From Planctomycetales bacterium (GTDB lineage Bacteria; 4484-113; JAFGCY01): a stretch of DNA of 32,000 bases. The translations under genes and the position numbers were made by a program. Below are positions 1-7,872 of this stretch, in pieces (positions within the stretch are counted from its first letter, which is position 1; every line of letters begins with the position of its first letter). Below the pieces are notes generated by a model. That model was not told the DNA's origin. It searched no databases and saw only the letters and a list, made by a program, of their open reading frames with translations. The stretch lies in assembly GCA_022646745.1 (NCBI GenBank), contig CP060262.1, forward strand, positions 3,660,001 to 3,692,000, in the 5' to 3' direction.

Positions 1-1
1 G

Positions 2-454
2 GAGATCGGCCTGCATGGTGCCGCGATGGCGGCCTACCGCTGGGACCCGGATGTATGCCTGGTGGTGGACGTCGGCAACAGCACGGACTTCCCGGATACA
101 TCCAAGCACATGCGCAACGACATCCGCCTCGGTGGCGGTCCCTGCCAGCGCATAGGTTCCGCCGCGCACCCGGCGGTGGTGGACAGGCTGGATGAGGTGG
201 CGGCGCAGAAGAAGATCAAGCTGCAGCGGATCCCGATCCCGGTGCGCAGTGGTACCAACGCTGGCTCTATCTACATCAGCCGCAAGGGCATCCCCTGTGG
301 CATCCTGAGCACACCTAACCGCTACATGCACAGCCCGAGTGAAACGATTGACTTAAACGACCTGGACGCGATCCCGACCCTGATGACGGAGTTCGTGAAG
401 TCGATCAAGGCCGGTGAGACCTTCACCGTACACAAGGGCGGCCGCCTCAAATAG
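2..454 (+). CDS. M42 family metallopeptidase (FrvX/YsdC/CelM-like aminopeptidase), C-terminal part; 5' end outside the window
   Basis: The frame is open from nt 2 (EIGLHGAAMAAY...), so the listed ORF 26..454 is only the part after an internal Met. The protein shows M42-like segments: EIGLxGA, VVDVGNSTDFP, LGGGP, SGTNAGSI and PNRYMHSPSE. Stop codon TAG at 452-454. Confidence 0.7.
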   Translation, partial: EIGLHGAAMAAYRWDPDVCLVVDVGNSTDFPDTSKHMRNDIRLGGGPCQRIGSAAHPAVVDRLDEVAAQKKIKLQRIPIPVRSGTNAGSIYISRKGIPCGILSTPNRYMHSPSETIDLNDLDAIPTLMTEFVKSIKAGETFTVHKGGRLK

Positions 455-457
455 CGA

Positions 458-479
458 AATGCCCGCTTGCGCGGGCATT
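458..479. terminator. Hairpin between convergent genes, likely a bidirectional intrinsic terminator
   Basis: AATGCCCGC-TTGC-GCGGGCATT forms a perfect 9-bp stem with a 4-nt loop. It lies between the stop of the M42 gene (454) and the stop of the minus-strand gene (508). A moderately T-rich tract follows on the plus strand (ggaattctttggttgttt). Confidence 0.6.
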
Positions 480-507
480 GGAATTCTTTGGTTGTTTAGA
501 TTCAGCC

Positions 508-933
508 TCAGCGGCTGTAACGGGCGTATGCCGTATCAAGCTGCATGTCGCGCTTGATGTCACTGATGTTCTGCTCGAAGCCGAAGGGATCACCATTCGG
601 CAGGCCATTGAAGCGGTCTGAGATTCCGACATGCAGGGACAGGTTGTCGCTCAGCTGGTTGAAGTAGTTGATCGCGAAACGCAGGCGCTGGTCGAAATCA
701 CCCTCCACACCGTTGTCGGTATAGCGCATCTCATAACCGATCGCACCATAAACCGCAGTGCGCGGCTCGGGGCAGTAATCCGCCAGGTTTGCTTCAAGTT
801 GGTCACACATCCTGGAAGTCGCCTTGACCTGGTCAGCGATGCATTCGCAGCTGTCATCATTGGCGGAAGCGAAAACCGGCGCAAGCGCCAGGGAGCAGCA
901 GAGCAGTGCGGTGGTTAATGCCTTCATGTCCAT
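508..933 (-). CDS. Small secreted protein resembling the N-terminal strands of the neighbouring porin barrel (truncated porin paralogue)
   Basis: Signal-peptide-like N-terminus (MDMKALTTALLCCSLALAPVFASA). Four Cys follow in CECIADQVKATSRMCDQLEANLADYC. The segment FDQRLRFAINYFNQLSDNLSLHVGIS...LDTAYARYS aligns by eye with RFRQRIMFKLGYNQKISDCVEVGFRLS...LDRAYVKYS of the 1968..3593 porin. An alternative start is the ATG at 927. Confidence 0.55.
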   Translation of the reverse strand: MDMKALTTALLCCSLALAPVFASANDDSCECIADQVKATSRMCDQLEANLADYCPEPRTAVYGAIGYEMRYTDNGVEGDFDQRLRFAINYFNQLSDNLSLHVGISDRFNGLPNGDPFGFEQNISDIKRDMQLDTAYARYSR

Positions 934-1017
934 ATATATACCATCGAATCAAGCGGCATTTCCATAAACAGTCCAATCGGGATTCTTCGCTTCCCTGCTG
1001 GCCTCAACCGCCTTCGA

Positions 1018-1803
1018 TCAGTAGCTCAACTCGAAGTCCACATCATGGGTCAGGTCTACATGGGTGATCCTGAATCCCTTGCCGCCATCCATCTGGCTGT
1101 ATTTGATGTCACCCCTGCTGCCATCAAATGAGTATGCCTTGCCCGTCATGGGATTGATGGTCGTGCTGGACAGGGGTCCGAAACCCTCTTTCACGAGTTG
1201 CTGGATGCTATCCGGATAGTGTCCATTGACATCCAGGAATGCAATCGCTGCATAGCCAAGCTGGCGGATCTGTGCGAACTGGACCAGTTGAGCTTCGTTT
1301 CCCAGCCATTCACGGATTATCTCCTGCTGGCCAGCATTCAGGTCCTGCTCCTTCATCATTTCCGCGAACCGGTCAGCATAGCTGCCCTTGTTCGTGACAA
1401 GCGGACCGTCAACGTCTTCGGTTGATCCGTTCCAGGAGTTGTACAGGCGCAGGTCAGTGATATCTCCTTCAGCCGCAGTGCTTTCTATGTAGATGTCACC
1501 TGAGAAATCAATGCTGGCATCATCCGGATTGATTCTCTCCATTCCGTAACCCAGCAGTACATTGTCAAAAATGCCCTTCTTCGTCACCTCTGACCAGGAT
1601 GCGGGATTGCGGCCGAATGCCAGCTGGAAACCCTCGAGCGCGGCCCGAACCTGGGATTCAGCAATGTCTATCGCCCCACCACGAGTCTTCAGGCCGGGAT
1701 AATCACTTGCATACGTTGTCTCAGCTGACACTGCATTGCCTGCACTGGCAATCAGCATGGCTGCGGCAATTGCCACACCGCTGAGTTGAATCGAGGTCTT
1801 CAT
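1018..1803 (-). CDS. Secreted hypothetical protein (261 aa)
   Basis: The listed ORF 1018..1986 is trimmed to the internal ATG at 1803, which is preceded by GGAAGGAGA (Shine-Dalgarno). That start gives a Sec-type signal peptide, MKTSIQLSGVAIAAAMLIASAGNAVSA. I recognise no enzyme motif. Confidence 0.7.
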   Translation of the reverse strand: MKTSIQLSGVAIAAAMLIASAGNAVSAETTYASDYPGLKTRGGAIDIAESQVRAALEGFQLAFGRNPASWSEVTKKGIFDNVLLGYGMERINPDDASIDFSGDIYIESTAAEGDITDLRLYNSWNGSTEDVDGPLVTNKGSYADRFAEMMKEQDLNAGQQEIIREWLGNEAQLVQFAQIRQLGYAAIAFLDVNGHYPDSIQQLVKEGFGPLSSTTINPMTGKAYSFDGSRGDIKYSQMDGGKGFRITHVDLTHDVDFELSY

Positions 1804-1967
1804 AATCCATTCTCCTTCCGGGGCGCAGCAGCAATTGCGACCGAAACCCTGTATCAGCATTCCGGACGCATATGGTGGTGGATAGTTCGGAATGAAATGA
1901 CAATGGAAAGAAAAAGCCCGGCCATTGTGACCGGGCTCATTTCGTTCAAACAAGTTGTGCTGCCTGA

Positions 1968-3593
1968 TCAGAACAGGAAGCTCCACTCCACAACGTAGTA
2001 GTCATGGTCGGCCTTGAAGTCCGGCACACCGTATCCGAAGGCATTGTGCATCTTGTCCATGATGTAGTTCACGCCGACGAGGCAGTTCGGGGCCCACATG
2101 TAGTCCCAGCGCACGTTGAGCGTGTTGCGGTTGAGCAGCGGGAACTGTGCACCTTCGCGCATCAGGTTGGCACCCATCTGGCGGTAGTGGCCATACAGGC
2201 TCCAGTCGCCGCACTCCTTGCGCCAGGTGCCCCACATCGCGCCGATCAGCAGGCCGTAGTCGTCGCTCGGCTCAGTGATGATCGGGCTGGCCAGTTGCTG
2301 GTTGACAAGTGCGATGTTGTCAGCGGCGTCGCTGTCAATCGCCCACAGGTATTCACCGAAGATGTTCAGCGGACGGTCCCAGACACACTCCCATGTGTAT
2401 TCCAGGCCGACCTTGCCCATGCAGTACTTGCTGGAGAATCGGTCATCGCTGGTGCGCACGCCATCGCCGTTGAAGTCCCATAGGCCGCCGTTCTCCAGCA
2501 GGCCGTTACCCCAGAACCAGTACTCCGGCAGCTCCCCCACGTTGTCATAGGAGTACATGCCGACCCAGGCGTTGAGGCCCTCCACGAGGAAGTCGTCATG
2601 CTTCAGTTCCGTGGCGAAGTAGTAGGTGTCATCACCGAAGAACTGCTCACCGTTCTGCTCGACGAGCACGCTGGCAACGCTGGTGAGCTGGAAGTCATCA
2701 TTGAAGTGATAGGCCAGTCCCAGTCCCTCGAGGTAGAAGTTGTCAGTCATGTATCCCTCGGTCGGGATGTATGACAGGTGTGGGAAGATACCGGCGTAGA
2801 TGTCAAGCTTGGGCTTGCAGGCGTTGGTTGTGGTGCATTCCTCGCAGCAGCCGCACTTGTCCTTGCAGGACGTGGTCTGCTCGTTATACCAGCCGAACCA
2901 GCCCGGACTGTACTTCACATAGGCGCGGTCCAGGTAGATGTCCGGGGACTTGCCATCCTTGCTGCCAAGGTCGTAGGGCAGTGTGAAGATGTTGGTGCCG
3001 TTGTTGGTTGACAGGCGGAAGCCGACCTCCACGCAGTCGCTGATCTTCTGGTTGTAACCCAGCTTGAACATGATGCGCTGGCGGAAGCGCTGGCTGTCGG
3101 CACGGTCATCGGCCTGCCAGCGGTAGCGGAATTCACCGCGCCAGGCCGGACCTGGCTTCAGGCCGGCCACCTTGTCCTCCAGCGAACCGATGCGGTTGGT
3201 GTTGTCCGCCACCGCGCCTTCGAGGTCACTGACCTGGGACTGCAGCGTGTTGATGCTGTTGCCAAGTTCATCGGTGCGAGCATTGATCAGGGCAAGCTGG
3301 TCACTGAACTCAGTGCGCAGGGACTCGGCCATCACCTGGATGTTCTCCGGGCTGCCCTCGCCAACGGTGTCCAGCAGGCGGGCTATCGCCTGTGCGAACT
3401 CATAGCGGGTCAGCGTGCGGTCTCCCTTGAAGAAGCCGTCCGGATAACCCTCAATCACGCCTCGGCTTGTCAGGTAATCGAGCGCGTTGTAGGCCCAGTG
3501 CTCCGTGGAGACGTCATCGTAGGCATCGCCCGCCCAGGCGGTGCCTGCAGAAAGGATCGCTGCTGCCAGCAGCGTTGCCAGAAATACCCTCAT
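1968..3593 (-). CDS. SLH-domain outer-membrane porin (OmpM/Slp-like: SLH domain, coiled coil, beta-barrel)
   Basis: Start trimmed to the ATG at 3593, preceded by AGAGGA, giving signal peptide MRVFLATLLAAAILSAGTAWA. An SLH motif follows (HWAYNALDYLTSRGVIEGYPDGFFKGDRTLTRYEFAQAIARLL). Next is a heptad-like segment (ALINARTDELGNSINTLQSQVSDLEGAVADNTNRIGSLEDKV). The long remainder is rich in aromatic/Gly alternation and ends in ...YYVVEWSFLF, a typical C-terminal Phe for a beta-barrel. Confidence 0.8.
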   Translation of the reverse strand: MRVFLATLLAAAILSAGTAWAGDAYDDVSTEHWAYNALDYLTSRGVIEGYPDGFFKGDRTLTRYEFAQAIARLLDTVGEGSPENIQVMAESLRTEFSDQLALINARTDELGNSINTLQSQVSDLEGAVADNTNRIGSLEDKVAGLKPGPAWRGEFRYRWQADDRADSQRFRQRIMFKLGYNQKISDCVEVGFRLSTNNGTNIFTLPYDLGSKDGKSPDIYLDRAYVKYSPGWFGWYNEQTTSCKDKCGCCEECTTTNACKPKLDIYAGIFPHLSYIPTEGYMTDNFYLEGLGLAYHFNDDFQLTSVASVLVEQNGEQFFGDDTYYFATELKHDDFLVEGLNAWVGMYSYDNVGELPEYWFWGNGLLENGGLWDFNGDGVRTSDDRFSSKYCMGKVGLEYTWECVWDRPLNIFGEYLWAIDSDAADNIALVNQQLASPIITEPSDDYGLLIGAMWGTWRKECGDWSLYGHYRQMGANLMREGAQFPLLNRNTLNVRWDYMWAPNCLVGVNYIMDKMHNAFGYGVPDFKADHDYYVVEWSFLF

Positions 3594-3776
3594 TCCTCTT
3601 TCCCGTAATACGGATTTGCGGATCGGAAGGGCCGGCGATGCAGCAGCATCCCTGCATCTCATCCACTCCCAGCCATTCCTGAAACCCGGCTCCCAGGCCC
3701 GGTAATCCACGGGAGGATTCTAGCACTCGAAGTTCAAAAACTAAATAATGGATTTATCTGAGTATATTGAAGTTGA

Positions 3777-4616
3777 CTATTGCAGATCAGATGCACCTGG
3801 CTGGACTTCAGCAGCTGCGGAATCCTTCTCATCCATGCCGACCCTCGCCAGCTGCGGGTACTCAAGCGACATCTGTTCCAGGAAGCGGTTGCCGGGGCTG
3901 ATGGAACGCATGATCTTTTCGACCAGCGGCTTCGCCTCCGCATGCCTGTCCGGCGTGGTGAGGAAGTCGATCACCAGCACGCGGTTGCCCGCCGGGCCGA
4001 AGTAGACGTAGTGCGAGATGTTGCGAGAAGGTCCATCCTTCTCATACTGGGTCTCACGTTCGAACTCGAAATGCTGGAATATCATCCCGTCGAATTCCAG
4101 CGGATCAGTCCCACCCTTGAATGTCGCGCCGATGCCCTCATAGTCACTGCGGGCACGCGACACGAACTCGGTTACGCTTTCTCCCTCCTGCCGCATCGGC
4201 AGGCTGATCTTCATGTAGTCCAGTTGCTGCTCGTACTGGAACACGACTTGCGAGTCAACGGCATCCTCAAGGAAGCTGTCCCCCATTGGCAGGCTGGTGG
4301 TCCCCATCGGCAGCTTGAGGTCGAAATCGCAGCGGTAGACATCAAGCGGATAGCGCAGTGGCATGGTGCCGTCCGGCTGGGGGGCCATGAAGTCGAGGTA
4401 GTTGGTCGGGATCAGACCCTGGCGGATGGACATCCCTTCCGTGTCATCACCGATGTCCGTCACGACCTGCGGGATGTCCGGCAGTGGCGTGCCGCAGGGT
4501 GCAGGCGAGCGGTCCTGACCGAAGTAGCTGTAGGCTGCCCAGGCACCAACTGCAGTGACAAGCAGTTGCAGCAGCAATCCGCTGCCCTTCCCGGCCTGGC
4601 TCCCTTTATCGCTCAT
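3777..4616 (-). CDS. Membrane-anchored hypothetical protein (279 aa)
   Basis: One N-terminal hydrophobic helix (LLLQLLVTAVGAWAAYSYF) followed by a soluble domain of normal composition. The fully overlapping plus-strand ORF 3780..4637 is R/H/V/D-rich, as expected of an antisense shadow. It lies 21 nt downstream of the 1036-aa gene. Confidence 0.65.
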   Translation of the reverse strand: MSDKGSQAGKGSGLLLQLLVTAVGAWAAYSYFGQDRSPAPCGTPLPDIPQVVTDIGDDTEGMSIRQGLIPTNYLDFMAPQPDGTMPLRYPLDVYRCDFDLKLPMGTTSLPMGDSFLEDAVDSQVVFQYEQQLDYMKISLPMRQEGESVTEFVSRARSDYEGIGATFKGGTDPLEFDGMIFQHFEFERETQYEKDGPSRNISHYVYFGPAGNRVLVIDFLTTPDRHAEAKPLVEKIMRSISPGNRFLEQMSLEYPQLARVGMDEKDSAAAEVQPGASDLQ

Positions 4617-4622
4617 CCGTCA

Positions 4623-4628
4623 ATTATA
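4623..4628 (-). promoter_or_regulatory. -10 hexamer TATAAT exactly 6 nt upstream of the ATG at 4616 (candidate leaderless promoter)
   Basis: The minus strand reads TGA-TCAGCGCTC-TATAAT-TGACGG-ATG. There is no Shine-Dalgarno sequence between the hexamer and the ATG, and no good -35 (CCGATA at a 17-nt spacing). Confidence 0.45.
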
Positions 4629-4637
4629 GAGCGCTGA

Positions 4638-7600
4638 TCAGTCCTTATCGGGCCATTCAGGGGCAGCCTGCTCGATGCGGGTCTTGTTGTCATCCGCCAG
4701 ACGCGCCCGACCGCCAATCATCTTCAGCATGCGTGTGTCAATGCTGCGGCTGCGCTTGATTGCGATCACGCGGTCGCGATAGGCACCTGAATGTCCGGCA
4801 TCCAGCTCCAGTGCCATGCTGCAGTATGCAGCTGCCTGCTCATAGTTGCGGGCGCGCAGCAGTTCGTGCCCGAGGCGGGCGTACAGCTCGGCATCGCGGG
4901 CACCGGCATCCACCGCACGGCGCAGCAGCGGCAGGATCTCCTTGTGCTTGCGCTGCTGCTCGTAGATCCGCGCCTTCTCGAGGTAGCTGCTGGCCAGCTT
5001 GCTGTTCAGCTCAATCGCCCGCTCGAAGCAGCTCAAGGCGTAACTGGCCAGGCCCTTGCGCACGTAGGCCACGCCCAGCTGGTGGTGAATGATTGCGAAA
5101 TTGGGGTTGATCTCGAGTGCCTGCTGGAACTGCTCAATGGCCTCATCCAGCTTGCCGTCGTTCAGGTATGTGTCACCCTGCGCGAGGAAGTTGCGCGCCA
5201 GCTGGCCTTTCTTTGAGTGGCTGATGCTCTCATCTGCGAACACGTTGACATTGCCAATGCTCAGCAATACAACGCTGATGGTGCCCTCCAGGCGACGGCG
5301 GATGGCGTCTCCACGGATCAGATCCACGGTCTGGGCCGGATCGCTGGAGCTGGTTGCCAGCTCCTTGATCTCGCTGATGGAGAGCGACTTGCGCAGGCTC
5401 GGACTGAGCAGGATCAGCTGGTCGCCATCCTGCAGTCGTCGCTTGAGCATCTGCAGCCTTGCCCGCTCACCGAAGCCGATGCGCTCGAACACCTCGTCTG
5501 ACAGGGCCTTGCTTTCATCGCCGATCACCTGCTCATCCGGGATCGTCCATTTGTCCTCATTGATGTCAACCAGCTCACCCTTGCTGAGGATCATCACCTG
5601 CGCCTCGCCGCAGTGCTGCAGGTAGAGCGTGTTCTCCTGCACCACTGCCACTGCAGCACTGATGCCCATCTTGCGGGTCTTGGACTGGCCGAAGGCATCA
5701 CGGTAGACCTTCTGGTTGAGGTTCTCCATCACGCCAGTGATGAATTCCTCTGGGCTGTTCTTCTGGAGCAGAGCGAAGTCACGGCTCACTCCGCCAGGAT
5801 GGAACATCAGTTCGCGCAGGTATCCGAGGGCCTTGGTAGCACTCTTGGCGGCGTCTCCCAGCTCCGGACCTTCGCCCACCAGCAGTGCCACCGCACCACG
5901 TGCACGGTTATTGACAGCCGGCAGGCGGATCGCCAGCGTCTCCTCGCTCTTCTCACGGGCGTTCTTGCCGATCATCGACAGTTCGGCGAAGTCGAAGAAC
6001 AGGTTGGGGATCTCCACCTGCTCCTTCTTGTCATAGCCCAGCAGGCGGCTGAGGTCGTCGCGCAGCTCGGCTACGGTCTGGTAGCGCGCCAGCGGCTGCT
6101 TCTCAAGCATCCGGAGCAGTATGTCCTTCACTTCGCTGCTGATCAGGGCCGGTTCGACGCGGGTGGCGGCGGGCACACCAAGGTGGTCGTGGCGGATCTC
6201 GTCCTCGATCTTGAAGCTGAATGGCGCGTGGCCGACCAGCATCTCGAAGAACAGCACCCCCATCTGGTAGATGTCAGTGCGCACGTCGCAATCGACGTCA
6301 CGGATGAACTCAGGCGTTAGGTATTCAGCACCGTTGAAGTTCAGGTTGCCATGGCGCATCAGGAAATCGGCAACCAGGGTGTCGCCAAGCTTCACGGTGC
6401 GCAGGTCGGATGTCAGGAAGACATTGCTGGGCTTGATGCCACCGTGGTAGTGGATCTTGCTGTACTCCAGCGCCTCAAGGGACTTGCAGAGCTGGAACAC
6501 GATGCGGCCCGCGTCGCTGATCGGCAGGGTGCCACGCTTGATCAGCAGCTGCTCCAGGCTGAGCAGGCCGGCTTCCATCGCGATGTAGCCATTCTCAAAA
6601 TGAACGCCGACATCGAAGACATTCAGCAGGTTTTTATGGTGGATGTTCGTCAGGGTGCGGAAACGGGTGTGGAATACCTCGGTGTATTCCTTGTGCTTGC
6701 GCAGGTCAATCAGCTTGACGACGCAGTGCTCCTGGTCCACCGCACTCTTGCGGTCATCCAGCAGTGAGCGCTTCTCCTCCTCGATGCCCATTTCATCCTT
6801 GCGGGTATCAATCGCGCGGTAGATAGAGGAAATGCGGCCCTTGGCAATCTCTTCCTTGAGCTTGAAGCGGCCGTTGATCAGGGTGTCCAGCACGAATGTG
6901 CGGAAGGCCACGCCGCTGTCCTGCTCGCCTCCGAGCTGCAGCACGTCATCGAGCGCCTTCTGGAAGCTCTCGTAGCGATCCTCCAGTGTCGGGCTGAGCA
7001 GGCGGTACAGCAGCTCCTGGATCGGCAGGGGCAGGTGCTCCTGCTCAGCAAGCCGCTTGCGCAGCTCATCGGGATCATTGCGGTCTCCGGCGGGCAGCAC
7101 GTCCCAGCTGCGCCTGGCAGTGGCCAGTTCAAGGATGATCAGGCCCAGCGCATACATGTCAATCTGGGAGTCCTCCAGCCCGCGGTCCATCAGTTCATAG
7201 GGCGGGAAGTAGGCCAGCAGGTGGCTGCCCTCATCGGTCTTGGCCACATCGCCGGCCATGGACTTCAGCGGATAGCCGAAGAAGCCCAGCCGTACATCGC
7301 TTTCCTCAAGCGAGATGCGGATGTTGTCCGGGTGCATCATGCCGTGGAAATGCACGTCGTTTGCGTCGGCAAACACCAGCGCCCGCAGCAGGCTGCGCAT
7401 GATGCTCAGCAGTTCGGGGGACTTGAGCGCTGACAGGTTGGAATAGCTCGAAAGCGGCTTGCCGAAATCCGGCAGCACCAGGTAGGCGCGGTCCTCAAAG
7501 CGGCCCCAGGCCAGCGGCGGCAACACATCCTCATGGTTCTTCTGTGCGAGGATGATGTTGACGCGCTTGAGCTCCTCAAGCTGCTCCGGTTCAAGCATCT

Positions 7601-7748
7601 CCTCGTTAAAGAGGAGGCAGAACACCGCTTCGTGGCTTTCCTTATTGAAGCCGATGTATGTGTCCCACAACACCGAATGCGCCTTGTGGTTGTTGAGCGT
7701 GAAGCGATCTACGGTGAAATTTTGCCGTTCGGCCATCTGTTCCTGCAT
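4638..7748 (-). CDS. Multidomain signalling protein: two Ser/Thr-kinase-like domains with degenerate catalytic motifs, a PP2C-like domain with degenerate metal ligands, and C-terminal TPR repeats
   Basis: Kinase-like domain 1 (about aa 10-275): HGMMHPDN replaces HRDxKPxN, LGFFG replaces DFG, and there is no VAIK Lys or Gly loop, but FPPYE and DMYALGLIILEL are retained. Kinase-like domain 2 (about aa 285-545): VVK Lys345 is present, HGGIKPSN replaces HRDxKPxN, LGDTL replaces DFG, and TPE and DIYQMGVLFFEML are retained. PP2C-like region (about aa 590-835): GKNAREKSEE, VGEGPELGDAAKSA (instead of DGMGG), KMGIS, CGEAQ (instead of GDSR), LILLSPSL (instead of LLCSDGL) and GTISVVLL (instead of DNiT). 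TPR region about aa 850-990 (DEAIEQFQQALEINPNFAIIHHQLGVAY...). Confidence 0.75.
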   Translation of the reverse strand: MQEQMAERQNFTVDRFTLNNHKAHSVLWDTYIGFNKESHEAVFCLLFNEEMLEPEQLEELKRVNIILAQKNHEDVLPPLAWGRFEDRAYLVLPDFGKPLSSYSNLSALKSPELLSIMRSLLRALVFADANDVHFHGMMHPDNIRISLEESDVRLGFFGYPLKSMAGDVAKTDEGSHLLAYFPPYELMDRGLEDSQIDMYALGLIILELATARRSWDVLPAGDRNDPDELRKRLAEQEHLPLPIQELLYRLLSPTLEDRYESFQKALDDVLQLGGEQDSGVAFRTFVLDTLINGRFKLKEEIAKGRISSIYRAIDTRKDEMGIEEEKRSLLDDRKSAVDQEHCVVKLIDLRKHKEYTEVFHTRFRTLTNIHHKNLLNVFDVGVHFENGYIAMEAGLLSLEQLLIKRGTLPISDAGRIVFQLCKSLEALEYSKIHYHGGIKPSNVFLTSDLRTVKLGDTLVADFLMRHGNLNFNGAEYLTPEFIRDVDCDVRTDIYQMGVLFFEMLVGHAPFSFKIEDEIRHDHLGVPAATRVEPALISSEVKDILLRMLEKQPLARYQTVAELRDDLSRLLGYDKKEQVEIPNLFFDFAELSMIGKNAREKSEETLAIRLPAVNNRARGAVALLVGEGPELGDAAKSATKALGYLRELMFHPGGVSRDFALLQKNSPEEFITGVMENLNQKVYRDAFGQSKTRKMGISAAVAVVQENTLYLQHCGEAQVMILSKGELVDINEDKWTIPDEQVIGDESKALSDEVFERIGFGERARLQMLKRRLQDGDQLILLSPSLRKSLSISEIKELATSSSDPAQTVDLIRGDAIRRRLEGTISVVLLSIGNVNVFADESISHSKKGQLARNFLAQGDTYLNDGKLDEAIEQFQQALEINPNFAIIHHQLGVAYVRKGLASYALSCFERAIELNSKLASSYLEKARIYEQQRKHKEILPLLRRAVDAGARDAELYARLGHELLRARNYEQAAAYCSMALELDAGHSGAYRDRVIAIKRSRSIDTRMLKMIGGRARLADDNKTRIEQAAPEWPDKD

Positions 7749-7872
7749 ACCTAACCGCCCTCGTCTTAGATACTCATTCGACTGCTAGAGTCTACAAAAA
7801 GTTGCTTGGTTTTGCCGGAGTATTCTCAATACCCCCGCAATCTACATGACGGATACAGTCAGCCGGCGGTTA

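Noticed and set aside
934-945. TATATAT tract upstream of the 508..933 gene as a fifth leaderless promoter
   Set aside because: No hexamer in the tract fits TANNNT with 6-nt spacing to either ATG (933 or 927). The case is too ambiguous to count with the four exact examples.
1804-1986. N-terminal extensions of listed ORFs (1018..1986, 1968..3710, 13402..13731, 13685..14650, 17281..18486, 14815..15849)
   Set aside because: In each case an internal ATG preceded by a GGAGG-like site, or by a -10 box at leaderless spacing, yields a canonical N-terminus (a signal peptide, a prepilin motif or the family-typical start). The extensions run into neighbouring genes or promoters.
3717-3722. TGC-TAGAAT extended -10-like element upstream of the SLH-porin gene, with a 7-bp hairpin in the putative 5' UTR (3637-3658)
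   Set aside because: It is plausible, given the AT-rich surroundings and a 5' UTR of about 120 nt. However, the -35 match is only 3 of 6 (TTTAGT) and several alternative hexamers exist nearby, so the evidence is insufficient to annotate it.
3780-4637. 285-aa plus-strand ORF competing with the 279-aa minus-strand gene
   Set aside because: The plus-strand product has a shadow-like composition rich in R, H, V and D (…RRAEVDVVRDVARR…). The minus-strand product has a TM anchor, balanced composition, the same orientation as its neighbours and a -10/ATG arrangement.
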